Shown here: piece after piece, positions 48,698 to 58,719 of the stretch
Layout of the letters: each line of letters begins with the position of its first letter
Position numbering within the stretch: the stretch's first letter is position 1
Origin: Myxococcota bacterium
Lineage (GTDB): Bacteria > Myxococcota_A > Polyangia > Nannocystales > Nannocystaceae
Length of the DNA: 64,000 bases
NCBI GenBank assembly: GCA_039028615.1
Contig: JBCCHT010000039.1
Span: forward strand, 1-64,000
Direction: 5' to 3'
Notes under the pieces: generated by a model
What the model was told of the DNA's origin: nothing
What the model saw: only the letters and a program-made list of their open reading frames with translations
The model's database searches: none
Position numbers and translations under genes: made by a program

Positions 48698-51600
48698 TGG
48701 CCCGGTGGCTGCTGACCCTGCTGCTGTTGTCCATGGTGGGGCTGTGCTCGCGCCCCGCCGCCGCCGTTCCCCCTCCCCTGGCCACCGATCGGGCGGAGTG
48801 GACCTGGAGCCCCACACCCGTGCACTACGGGGTCGATCCCGCCGACGTACGAGCGAGCGCGCCCTTCGTGCCCCGAGGAACACCCCGCGTCGAGGGCAAG
48901 GTCGTCATCGAGCCCGGTCGCGCGGTGGTGGTGTGGATGAGCGCCCTGTCCACGGTTCGCGTGCGAAAGACCCGGCCGGAGTCGAGGGGCACGCTGAGCT
49001 TCTCGCGGGTCGAGCCCAGCGCGGGCCTGGCCACGGCGCGGGTCGATGAAGACGGGATCGCGGTCGCCCCCGGGACGTGGCTGCTTCGGCACCCGGTCGG
49101 CTGGGGCGCGCCGTGGCTCGTGCAGAGCGATCGACGAGTGGAGATCGTGGTGGAGCAGGCCGTCGCTCGTCGGGGGCAGCGGATCTGGGAGCACGTGCAC
49201 GACAACGTCTTGCAGTGGGTGCAGCTGCGCGGCTCCATGCCCCACCTGCCTTCGACGGCGGGCTCCGAGCGCTATGTCCGACGGCGCCTGGCCGATCGCG
49301 AGGTCGCGCGGGAGATCCAGGACCTGTCGGGGGGCAACGCCGAGGTGCGCCAGGCCCTGATCGCATGGCGCATGATTCGAGCCGCCGATGAACTCGACCT
49401 GCTGCGCCCCCTGGGCCAGGTCGAGGAGATCGTGCCCAAGGCCGCGCCGACGGTGGAGCTGCCCCACCTCCGCGACGACCCCACCTCCGCCTCGGCCGAC
49501 CTGCACTTCGTTCGCGTGGAGCCGGAGCAGCCGTGGCACTTCGGGGTGCGTGGTCCGGGGGTGCTGCGGCTGGGCCTGCGAGCGTTGCTGCCCCCCGATG
49601 GCCCGCGCTCGCGACCGCTGTCCGCGGTGGTGAAGACCCGAGGCGACGACGGTCGCGAGCACGTGGTGAGGCGCCTGGACGTGCTCGCATCGGTCGCGCG
49701 AGTCCGTGACGTCGGCGATCCACAGGCGCCCATCCCCACGCTGGTCGACGCCCGCACCGAAGCCGGAGAGCTCGCGTCGCTGGAGCACACGCTGACGGTG
49801 CCCCTGCGGCCGGGCAAGCACGAATACTGGGTGGAAATCGCGGGCAGCCCGGTGGCCCTGCGCGCCCGGCTGGGCCGCGTGGTTCCGCAGGCGCACGGTC
49901 GAGACTCGACACAATGGCGGGCCCGCACCCGTCGTCGCGCCCTCGCCCGACTCGACGATCAGCGCACGGTGGCCGCCCACGTGACGCGCCTTTTGTTGGC
50001 CGATCCCTGGGTCGCGCCGTGGCGCCTGCCGCTGCCCCTGCGCAAGACCCTGGGCCGCGATGCGCCGCGCGTCCGCGTGTTCATGGAGCTTCACTCGCTG
50101 CGGCGGCGAGACATCGATGCCGTCAGCCGCATGGCGCGAGGTCGCCAGGTGAATGCATGGCTGCCCTTGGCCCCCGAGGCCGACGCCCTCGACATCGAGC
50201 TGCGCATGCAGATGTTCGAGCTGCGCATGGCCGCCGGGCGACACCTGCGAGCGGTGGAGATGCTGCGCAGCCACGCGGGGGCCCTCAACGGCGACGAGCT
50301 GCCCGCCCTGGTCGACGCGGTGCAGGAGCCCGGACGCGCGTGGCCGCTGATGGGTGCGCTCGATGCCGTGGCCGCCCGCGCCCCGCTGGCCAGCCGACTG
50401 CGGGCCGCCCATGCGCGCCTGTGGTCGTGGACGAGCTGGGCGCGGCTGCACCCCACCACCGACGTTCCCGCGTGGCGCTGGGTCGAGCCACCGACCGCCC
50501 GCTCGCCGACCGCCGACTCGCCGCCCGGGGCCCTGTGGTCCATGCCCCTGCGGACCGCGGTGAAGCTCGTCGCCCCCGCGCACCCCTTCGAGCGCGATCG
50601 GACCCCCGTGCTGCGGATCTCCGTGCACGCCGACGCCCCCGTGAAAGGTCCGCTGAAGCTTCAGGTCGGCGACGACGTATTCACCACGCCCATGCTCGGC
50701 CTCTCGGAGGTGTTCGAGGTCGCGGTGCCCGTGGGGACTCACTTGGTCTGGCTCGATGCCCCCGAAGGCGTGCACGCGCTGAGCAACTTGCACCCTGCCC
50801 CCGGACAGACGCACGCCAAAGGGCCGAGCCCGCTGCGGACCACGATGTGGCCGGCCCACCGCGACGGTCGGGCGACCCAGTTCGACCTCGGTGCGCTGCC
50901 CCGCGACACGCTGGTCCAGGTGGGACTGCGGGTCATCGATCCTCCCTCGTCGCCGGCCGAGCCCGTCACCGCGTGGGTCTGCTTCGACGACGGCCAGCGG
51001 CGTCGGGTCGTCGTCGCGCCCGGGTCTCGCCCCACCGAGCTCATCACCATGCCGGGCGCGCCGACCGTGTCCGATCGCGTGCACGTGGTGGTACCGGCCT
51101 CGCGTCGCGCGACGCGGGTGTGGGTCGAATCCGAGACGCCGCTGGCGGTGGCGGCCAAGGTGCGGCGCTGGGATCCGCCACCCGCCCAGGCCTTCGCAGA
51201 GACCACCACCGTGGCCACCCGAGGCCCGGGCGCTCGACTCACGCCGCAAACACGCCACGCCGCCACGAACCGACGCCGCGTCCGACGAGGTGAGCCCTAC
51301 GAGCGACTGCGGCAATCGACGCGGCGCATCGCAGCCCAGCCCAAGTCCATTCGCGCCCGGGTGGAGCATGCCCATCGCCTGCTCGACGTCGGCGATCGCC
51401 AGCGCGCCCAGTGGGAGCTGCTCGACGTGCTCGAGGCCAACCCGCTGCGCCCCGACGATCCACGCGTGCCCCTGGTGCAGGCCCTTCAGGCGCGCATCGA
51501 TGCGTTCTTGACCGACGACTACATTCGCCAGCCGAACACCCCGTATCCGCAGCCGTTGCTGCTACGGCCGGCCATGGCTGCGCTGGGACCCGACCACCCC

Positions 51601-53757
51601 TCGCGCTCGCAGGTCGCCGAGGCCACCGCCGCCGCGCACGAGGGACGGCTGCGCGAGGCGTTCGAGGGTCACGCCGACGCCTATGCGCACAGCGAGGCCC
51701 TGGGCCCGGGCTATGCCGCCGCGCTCGCCTACGCCGATGCACTGTGGGGAACGCCGGGTCAGCCCCTCGATCCCTCGTGGGTCCCCCTGCGCTCGCTGGC
51801 CTACGGCGTCACCAGCCGAGTGCGCGCACAGATCGACACGCCGCGCCTCCGTCGGCTGCACAACGAGCTGGCCACCCCCGGTCAGTGGCAGCCCCTCCAG
51901 CTCGCCGAGCGAAGCGCGGGCACCCAGGATCGAGGGCGTCGCGCCAACACCCGAGCGCTCACCGACACCGAGCGGCTGTGGTGGGCCCTGCTCGCTCCGC
52001 CCTGGGCCGAAGGCGAGGGGCAGCTGCTGCGCTCGGGGGCGCGGAGCATCATCAAGCTCGAGCTGCCCGACCCCCACGCGATCGAGCTGGAGGTGTTCTG
52101 CGACGATCGCCGCAGCGATGCGGACGAGCTGTCGGTCGAGCTGCGCACTGAAGACTCGACCACGCCCATGCAGGACGACACGCTGGTGCTGCCTCGCCGC
52201 CGCGCACGACGACATCGGCTCCCGGCTCGTCGCGGCTCGGTGCGCATCGAGTTGCGGCTCCCGCCGGGCGCTCCCGAGCGACGCTGTGCGGTGCGCTGGC
52301 AGCTGGTGCGCTCGGCCACCGAGGCCCTCGTCTCCGAGCGACCCCTGCGGTGGCTGCGAGCCGAGCCGGGGCGACCGGTGGAGATGATCGTGCTGGGCCC
52401 CACCGCCTTGCGCCTGAACCTCGAGCCGCGCCGTGAAGACACGTCCACCACCGCCACCGTGCAGATCGCCGACCTGGCGGGCAAGGACCCGCAATTCGTG
52501 TCGCTCCCCGTCGAGGCGGTCGGCGACGGCGGCTCGGACCCCGTCACTCTGCTCATACCGCAGGCGGGGGCGCAGCGGCTGACGATCAACACCGACGACG
52601 AAGGCGTGCTCGCCCGGGTGGCCGTGCGTCGCTCGAGCGACGGCAGCGACGAGGCCGTCGCCGAGCAGATCGCCGCCCTCGCTCCCACCACCCACGGCTC
52701 GGACACCGCCGCCGTTTCGGCCGCCCTCGACCTCGACCCACCGGGTCCCTACTGGCCCTCGGGCGCCGATGCACGCCCCACCGAGCGCATCGCCGACGCT
52801 CCCTCCGACGCCACCGGGCGGCTCGGCTCCTTCGAGGCCGAGCTCGGCTTCAGCCGCACCGACATCGCCGAGGCCGACGACCCCCGCCCCCGCAGTCGAT
52901 TGCGCGGCAGCGTGCTGTGGCGGCGCGAGCTGTACCCCGATCACATCTGGCTCAAGCTGGCCACCCACGGTCAGGGGCGCGACGGGGCCGGGGGCGCGGG
53001 AGGAGCGGCCGCCACCGCCTACGCCCAGCTCGGCTCGCGGCGCCTGCGGGGATGGGCCTCGGTCGCCTCGTGGGCGGAGCGCTACGGCGACATCCCGGCG
53101 TCGAGCGTCCGCGCCACGCTGCATCTCGATCGACCGCTGGGCATCACCCCGTCGCTCGCCGTCATCCCCTACTTCCGCAGCTCGTATCGCCACCAATCCC
53201 TCGACGACGCCCAGTTCGACATCGACATCGACCCCTCGCACGCCCAGGTGTTCTCGGCCTACGTCGAAGACCACCCGCTGGTGCTCACCCCCGGGGCGCG
53301 GCTGCGCTGGAATCCGTATCGCGACCTGCAGGTCTCGGGTGAGGTCAGCGCCACGCCCAACTCCGTGCCCGACTCGCTCGACCACGTCGACGGCGCGGTG
53401 AACCTCCAGGGCATCATCGACACCCGGCTGCCCCTGCTGGTGCGCTACGGCGGCGCCTACCGGGCCTCGCTGCGCTTCGAGGACGACGACCGCGTCCAGA
53501 CCTTCGTTCGCCACAGCCCCAGCCTCAATGCGGGCGTGACCTGGATCTTCCGCTCTGTCGGTCGCCTGAACCTCGATCTCCGCGATACCGTCTACCTGTC
53601 GCGCCCCTTTGCCCCCCGCAATGGTGTGCACGTGGTGCTGTCCTTCGAGCTGACCTTGGACCGAGGCGTCCGCGATACCTCCCCCATGGAGCTGCTGTTC
53701 CGCCCCGCCTACCGCTACCGATGGTGGCAAGCCCCGCCGCGGAGGTCGGCGCGGTGA
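48697..53757 (+). CDS. Large secreted protein with beta-sandwich and helical/TPR-like regions and probable C-terminal outer-membrane beta-barrel
   Basis: Signal peptide MARWLLTLLLLSMVGL...AAA; TGATG overlap; alternating amphipathic strands in the last ~300 aa. Confidence 0.7.
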   Translation: MARWLLTLLLLSMVGLCSRPAAAVPPPLATDRAEWTWSPTPVHYGVDPADVRASAPFVPRGTPRVEGKVVIEPGRAVVVWMSALSTVRVRKTRPESRGTLSFSRVEPSAGLATARVDEDGIAVAPGTWLLRHPVGWGAPWLVQSDRRVEIVVEQAVARRGQRIWEHVHDNVLQWVQLRGSMPHLPSTAGSERYVRRRLADREVAREIQDLSGGNAEVRQALIAWRMIRAADELDLLRPLGQVEEIVPKAAPTVELPHLRDDPTSASADLHFVRVEPEQPWHFGVRGPGVLRLGLRALLPPDGPRSRPLSAVVKTRGDDGREHVVRRLDVLASVARVRDVGDPQAPIPTLVDARTEAGELASLEHTLTVPLRPGKHEYWVEIAGSPVALRARLGRVVPQAHGRDSTQWRARTRRRALARLDDQRTVAAHVTRLLLADPWVAPWRLPLPLRKTLGRDAPRVRVFMELHSLRRRDIDAVSRMARGRQVNAWLPLAPEADALDIELRMQMFELRMAAGRHLRAVEMLRSHAGALNGDELPALVDAVQEPGRAWPLMGALDAVAARAPLASRLRAAHARLWSWTSWARLHPTTDVPAWRWVEPPTARSPTADSPPGALWSMPLRTAVKLVAPAHPFERDRTPVLRISVHADAPVKGPLKLQVGDDVFTTPMLGLSEVFEVAVPVGTHLVWLDAPEGVHALSNLHPAPGQTHAKGPSPLRTTMWPAHRDGRATQFDLGALPRDTLVQVGLRVIDPPSSPAEPVTAWVCFDDGQRRRVVVAPGSRPTELITMPGAPTVSDRVHVVVPASRRATRVWVESETPLAVAAKVRRWDPPPAQAFAETTTVATRGPGARLTPQTRHAATNRRRVRRGEPYERLRQSTRRIAAQPKSIRARVEHAHRLLDVGDRQRAQWELLDVLEANPLRPDDPRVPLVQALQARIDAFLTDDYIRQPNTPYPQPLLLRPAMAALGPDHPSRSQVAEATAAAHEGRLREAFEGHADAYAHSEALGPGYAAALAYADALWGTPGQPLDPSWVPLRSLAYGVTSRVRAQIDTPRLRRLHNELATPGQWQPLQLAERSAGTQDRGRRANTRALTDTERLWWALLAPPWAEGEGQLLRSGARSIIKLELPDPHAIELEVFCDDRRSDADELSVELRTEDSTTPMQDDTLVLPRRRARRHRLPARRGSVRIELRLPPGAPERRCAVRWQLVRSATEALVSERPLRWLRAEPGRPVEMIVLGPTALRLNLEPRREDTSTTATVQIADLAGKDPQFVSLPVEAVGDGGSDPVTLLIPQAGAQRLTINTDDEGVLARVAVRRSSDGSDEAVAEQIAALAPTTHGSDTAAVSAALDLDPPGPYWPSGADARPTERIADAPSDATGRLGSFEAELGFSRTDIAEADDPRPRSRLRGSVLWRRELYPDHIWLKLATHGQGRDGAGGAGGAAATAYAQLGSRRLRGWASVASWAERYGDIPASSVRATLHLDRPLGITPSLAVIPYFRSSYRHQSLDDAQFDIDIDPSHAQVFSAYVEDHPLVLTPGARLRWNPYRDLQVSGEVSATPNSVPDSLDHVDGAVNLQGIIDTRLPLLVRYGGAYRASLRFEDDDRVQTFVRHSPSLNAGVTWIFRSVGRLNLDLRDTVYLSRPFAPRNGVHVVLSFELTLDRGVRDTSPMELLFRPAYRYRWWQAPPRRSAR

Positions 53758-56700
53758 AGATCGGCCCGCTGAAGCTCGGCGTGCCCTCGCTGGCGCGGGT
53801 GCGGCACCACGACGATCCGAGCTCGCCCGCCTACGTGGGACGAGACAGCCATCGCCGCGCGGTCATCGACCTCATCGCGCGCCACATGTCTCCGCTGCAG
53901 GCCAAGGTGCGGCGTCGGGTGCTGGACGAGCTGTCGCGGCGCATCGTCGACCGCGAGGGCGAGATCGATCTGTTCTTCCAGCTCGACGAATCGGAGCGCC
54001 TGGCCGCGACCCTGCTGCACGCCCGCCATGTGATCCCCGTGCTCGAGGCCGAAGAGGAGCGCTTCGTGGTCGAGTTTCGCCGGCTGGTGCGAGCCCACGA
54101 CGCCCTCGATTCCCAGGCCGAGCAGCGGCGCTTCTTGGCCGATCACCTGCAACGTACCGCGTCGAGCCGCGGGCAGGCCCGGGCCGACCGTGCCGCCCTG
54201 CGTCGCAACCTCAACCTCGAGGCGCTCAAGGAACGGCACGATGGCGATCGGCATCGGGTGTTGGTGCAGGTCGAGGTCTCGCTCGACTTCATGGCCGGGG
54301 CCCTGGTCACGCTGGGCCCCGACGCGCCCGCCCCGACTGAATCCAAGGCCTCGGCGCTGGCGCTGTTGGGTGACTCCGACGTGCTCGAGTTCCTGGTGAC
54401 CTACGCCCGGACCCAAGCGCGCTGGCAGACCCGCTGGGCCGCCGCCCGAGCGCTGGAGGCCTACGTCTGCACGGGCATCACGCTCACGGACGCGCAGATC
54501 GAGGGCCTGCGCGGGCGCATCGCCGACAAGAACGAGCACCCGTGGGTGGTCTCGGTGTTGGTGAGCACGCTGTGGACGACCCGGCCGCAGCTCGCTCGTA
54601 CGATCACCGAGGAGCGCCTACGCACGCCTCTGGAGCACCCGCTGGACTTTCTGGTACGGCGGCTGCTGCTCGACCAGACCCATCGCGACGGGCCCTGGGC
54701 GCTGGGCGTCATCGAGGCCCTGCTGCACCGAGGAGACCCCGCCCAGCACGTACGCCTGGGCATCAACCGGGTACTGCGGCGTCTGCTCGACGAGCACCCC
54801 GAGGCGCTCGATCTCATCGTCTCGCAAGTCGGCATCTTGCCCGCGAGCGCGCCCGAGCCCGAGCCCGCCCCGCGGCGCAAGAGGAAGAAGGCCAAAGCCG
54901 AGCCCGCGCCCGCGCCGAAGCTCGAGCTGCCGTCGGAGACCGTCAGCACCGAGGACGTCGCATCCTCCAACGACGCCAATTACGACTCCGCCGATCGCAA
55001 GAAGAAGCAACGCCGCAAGCGACGGCGAAAGAAGAAGGACAACAAAGAAAAGAAGAAACGGAAGAAGACGGAGAAGCCCGCTCCGCCACAACAGCCCGCG
55101 CAGGACGAGCCGACCGAGGCCGTCGAGGAGCCCGCGAAGGACGAGCCGACGCCGGCCGAGCCCGAGGCACCGACCGAAGACTCCGGGCCCAGCGAGCATG
55201 CCGTCGTGCCCGACGTGGGCGATGCCGCGGCACGGGTTCGAGCCGTGGCGGGGCGAGCATTGGTCGTCACCCTGGGCGAGCGCCTCGCCTGCCCCGAAGC
55301 GGGCCCGCGGGGCAAACAGAGCCTCGCGTACCTCCACACCTGGCTACGGCGTGAGCGCGACGAGCTACCCCTGCTGGTCACCTTCGAGGCCCTCCGTCGC
55401 GTGCTCGAAGACATCCACGAGGACCACGACGGTCGCGAGGCGCTACGGATCCTCGCCCCCGTGCTCGCCGAGCTGTCCCGTGACGGCGCTGCGTCGCCCG
55501 CCATCCACGAAGACGCTGCCGCCACCCTCGAGACCCTCGATCGCGTGCTCAGCCCACCGCGCCGGGCCCTGGTCGCCCGGCTGCGCTCCGCCTTGTCGCA
55601 GACCTCGGTGCCCGGCTCGTGCCGCGTGCCCCTGACCGAGGACAACGAGCGCGCCGACGTGGGCCGAGCCCTGGCCGAGATCACCCGCGATGACTGGGGC
55701 GTCTCTGCGTCGCTGTCACCTCGCCGGGCACGCCTGCGCCGTGGCGACCGCTTCACCACCAAGCTGTGGCGAGTGCTGCACGAGATCCGCAACCCCGCGC
55801 CCAACAAGCGCCAGGGCTTTCGCCACACCGTCGGCCGCGTGCTCACGGGCGACCTGCGAGCCCACAGCGGACAGCTGCACGAGGTCACCCCCACCGTGGT
55901 CCCCGGCGAGCGCGTGCACATCCGGGGCGAGGGCGGCTGGGGTCGACACGTGCCCTCGGCCGACGACGTGACCACCGTGCCCCTGCTTCGGCCGCGCCCG
56001 GTGGAGCTTTACAGCAGCTTCGGCGTCACTCGACTGCGCGCCACCGGATCGCTCGCCAAGCGCCTGTGGTCGCGCGCGCGGCTGACCTTCCGCTACGCCG
56101 AGGTGGCCGCCCAGCGCAGCACCAGCCTCGACTCCGACGAGCCCGAGGAGTCGCGCCGCTACCTGACGATGCTGCGCGATCGCTACGGCATCGAGGTGGA
56201 GATCGAGCCCGCGCCCCCCTGCGGCGAGCACCCGCGGGCCCTGCCCGAGCGCATCACCGCCCTGCTGCCCGGCGAACCGGAGCCCCCCGCCGACGCGTCG
56301 TCCAAGCCGTCGACGAAGGTCGCCGCGCTCGCGCTGGCCCCCGACGCGCTCACCCCCGGCGTGCTGCCCCGCCTCGACGAGTGGCTCGACACCCACGTCC
56401 ACTACTTCCTGTCGATGCAGGCCAACCAACAGGCCTCGCTCGCCGCGTTCTTCCTCGGGGCCTTCGCGCTGTTCTTCGGCGACTCGTTCCGCCGCCGCCA
56501 CTCCATCGATCGCGCCCGCAAGAAGATCCCCCTGTGCATCGGCGGCTGGGGCACCCGCGGCAAGTCGGGCACCGAGCGGATCAAGGCGGGCCTGTTCCAC
56601 GGCCTCGGCTACCAGGTCTTCTCCAAGACGACCGGCTGCGAGGCGATGATGATCCACTCCGTACCCGAGGGCCCTCCCGCCGAGGTCTTCGTGTTCCGCC

Positions 56701-58643
56701 CCTACGGCAAGGCCACCATCTGGGAGCAGCGCAACCTGCTGGAGCTCGGCGCCGCCCTCGAGGCCGACGTGTTCCTGTGGGAGTGCATGGCGCTCAACCC
56801 CAAGTATGTCGAGATCATCCAGCACAAGTGGATGCGCGACGACCTGTCCACGCTGACCAACGCCTATCCCGATCACGAGGACATCCAGGGCCCGGCCGGC
56901 ATGGACGTGGCCAACACCATCTCGCGCTTCATCCCCGATGACGGGATCATCCTGACCAGCGAGATCAACTTCCTGCCCCTGTTCCGCGAGGTCTGCCGCG
57001 AGCGAGACAGCGAGCTGGTGGCCATCGGGCCTCACGAGGGCGACCTCATCGCACCCGAGCTGCTCGACCTGTTCCCCTACCAGGAGCACCCCCGCAACAT
57101 CGCGCTGGTGGCTCAGATGGCGGAGCAGCTCGACGTCGACCACGACCTGGCCATCGTCACCATGGCCCAGCACGTGGTCGCCGACCTCGGCGTGCTCAAG
57201 AGCTATCCGCCCGTGCGGGTCTGCGGGCGCGTGCTCAAGTTCATCAACGGCTGCTCCGCCAACGAGCGCGCCGGGTTCTTGGGCAACTGGGAGCGCACGG
57301 GCTGCGCTGCGCTGGCCGAGAGCGAAGACCCCGAGCAGCTGGTGATCACCGTGGTCAACAACCGGGACGACCGCATCAGCCGCAGCGAGGTCTTCGGTCG
57401 CATCCTGGTCAACGACTGCGTGGTCGATCGTCACGTGCTCATCGGCACCAACCTACGCGGGCTGCTCTCGTACCTGCGCGGGAGCATGGCGATCTTCCTG
57501 CAAAACATTCAGCTCGTGCGTGCGGCCGACCTCGAGGACCCCGAGGGACGGGAGCGGGCGCTCGGGCGCCTGGCGGCGTTGATGCAGCGGCTGCGGATCT
57601 CTCCGCTGTCTGCCAATGCCCTGCTCGCCCGCCTCCGCACCTATGCAGCCGGTTGCGGCCTCGAGCTGCGCGACCCCGAGCCCGCCCGCAAGGTCCTCGA
57701 GCAAGCCCTGGCCAGCGACGGCGGCCTCGAGCTGGCCAAGCTCCGCAAGGACTTCGAGCAAGACGCCAAGCTCCGCGCCGCCCTCGATGCCGGCCTGAGC
57801 GAGCCCACCGAGGCCTCCACCCAGACGCCGCCAGAGGTCCTGATCCCCTGCGAACGCAAGGAACTCGAGGTGCACTTCGCCCGCCAGCTCGCGCGCGCGG
57901 TGATCCATGCTCGCCTGCGACGACAGCTCGAGGCCCTGTTCGACAACAAGTCGACGTCCGAGCTGGGGGCCTACGAGGATCGGGTCCGCGAGACCTATCG
58001 GGTGATGTTCGATGACATGTTGGTGGTCGTCGAAGATCCCAAGACCAAAGGTGACGCAATCGTGCAAGCGTGTGCACGGTGTGTACCGCCCGGGACCCAT
58101 GTACGCATCATGGGTACCCAGAACATCAAGGGTACCGGTCTCGACTTCGTGTATCGATGGTTGGCCGTCGATGCCGTGGTGGCGGAGCTGAAGATCCTGC
58201 AAGGGCCGGAAGACGACGGGCGACTCGGGGCGCTCGAACGACTGCAGGCCTTTGCCGATCACGGGGTGATGGATCTCGGCCTCCTCCATCGATACCTGCG
58301 CGAGAACGAGCCTCGGGGGGCCGCCGAGCGAGCGCCCTTCGATCGCCTCAAATCCAAGGTAGAGCCCGCCTACAAGAAGAAACGGGCTCCTTTCGAAGCG
58401 GCGACGGGCCCCGATGCACCGGGCGGCAAGAAGAAGAAGACGTGGGTCGAGTCGGCCGCGAGCTGGATCGAGGGATGGCTCGATTTCCTCGACGGTGCCC
58501 GTCGGTTCCACGGATCGGCCGCGATCATGAAGGACCTGGTGCACGGCCGTGTCTCCCACCCCCGCGCCGCCGTGCTCATGCGCGAAATCTACGCGAGAGA
58601 AAAGGGAGGTTGGTTGCTGGCACGCTTTTCCAACAAGGGGTGA
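53754..58643 (+). CDS. Giant PgsB/CapB-like ATP-dependent amide ligase (Mur-ligase superfamily) with a ~900-aa N-terminal extension
   Basis: GTRGKS P-loop (56550), [35 protein letters not shown] and [10 protein letters not shown] match CapB; GTGA overlap. Confidence 0.88.
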   Translation: MKIGPLKLGVPSLARVRHHDDPSSPAYVGRDSHRRAVIDLIARHMSPLQAKVRRRVLDELSRRIVDREGEIDLFFQLDESERLAATLLHARHVIPVLEAEEERFVVEFRRLVRAHDALDSQAEQRRFLADHLQRTASSRGQARADRAALRRNLNLEALKERHDGDRHRVLVQVEVSLDFMAGALVTLGPDAPAPTESKASALALLGDSDVLEFLVTYARTQARWQTRWAAARALEAYVCTGITLTDAQIEGLRGRIADKNEHPWVVSVLVSTLWTTRPQLARTITEERLRTPLEHPLDFLVRRLLLDQTHRDGPWALGVIEALLHRGDPAQHVRLGINRVLRRLLDEHPEALDLIVSQVGILPASAPEPEPAPRRKRKKAKAEPAPAPKLELPSETVSTEDVASSNDANYDSADRKKKQRRKRRRKKKDNKEKKKRKKTEKPAPPQQPAQDEPTEAVEEPAKDEPTPAEPEAPTEDSGPSEHAVVPDVGDAAARVRAVAGRALVVTLGERLACPEAGPRGKQSLAYLHTWLRRERDELPLLVTFEALRRVLEDIHEDHDGREALRILAPVLAELSRDGAASPAIHEDAAATLETLDRVLSPPRRALVARLRSALSQTSVPGSCRVPLTEDNERADVGRALAEITRDDWGVSASLSPRRARLRRGDRFTTKLWRVLHEIRNPAPNKRQGFRHTVGRVLTGDLRAHSGQLHEVTPTVVPGERVHIRGEGGWGRHVPSADDVTTVPLLRPRPVELYSSFGVTRLRATGSLAKRLWSRARLTFRYAEVAAQRSTSLDSDEPEESRRYLTMLRDRYGIEVEIEPAPPCGEHPRALPERITALLPGEPEPPADASSKPSTKVAALALAPDALTPGVLPRLDEWLDTHVHYFLSMQANQQASLAAFFLGAFALFFGDSFRRRHSIDRARKKIPLCIGGWGTRGKSGTERIKAGLFHGLGYQVFSKTTGCEAMMIHSVPEGPPAEVFVFRPYGKATIWEQRNLLELGAALEADVFLWECMALNPKYVEIIQHKWMRDDLSTLTNAYPDHEDIQGPAGMDVANTISRFIPDDGIILTSEINFLPLFREVCRERDSELVAIGPHEGDLIAPELLDLFPYQEHPRNIALVAQMAEQLDVDHDLAIVTMAQHVVADLGVLKSYPPVRVCGRVLKFINGCSANERAGFLGNWERTGCAALAESEDPEQLVITVVNNRDDRISRSEVFGRILVNDCVVDRHVLIGTNLRGLLSYLRGSMAIFLQNIQLVRAADLEDPEGRERALGRLAALMQRLRISPLSANALLARLRTYAAGCGLELRDPEPARKVLEQALASDGGLELAKLRKDFEQDAKLRAALDAGLSEPTEASTQTPPEVLIPCERKELEVHFARQLARAVIHARLRRQLEALFDNKSTSELGAYEDRVRETYRVMFDDMLVVVEDPKTKGDAIVQACARCVPPGTHVRIMGTQNIKGTGLDFVYRWLAVDAVVAELKILQGPEDDGRLGALERLQAFADHGVMDLGLLHRYLRENEPRGAAERAPFDRLKSKVEPAYKKKRAPFEAATGPDAPGGKKKKTWVESAASWIEGWLDFLDGARRFHGSAAIMKDLVHGRVSHPRAAVLMREIYAREKGGWLLARFSNKG

Positions 58644-58719
58644 GTGTAGGACGTCCCAATACGAAATCAGACCATTTCATGATCCTCGAAGGGGCACTTC
58701 GACCTTATCGTTGCCCCGT

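Noticed and set aside
54990..55080. Eukaryotic NLS or frameshift artefact in the Lys-rich tract
   Set aside because: The frame stays open with protein-like sequence on both sides, and there is no evidence the protein is a secreted effector.
53754..58643. Cyanophycin synthetase or MurC-F assignment
   Set aside because: No ATP-grasp domain is seen; the KTTG, ECMAL.P, SANE and N.R.DR..RS motifs plus a CapC neighbour favour CapB.
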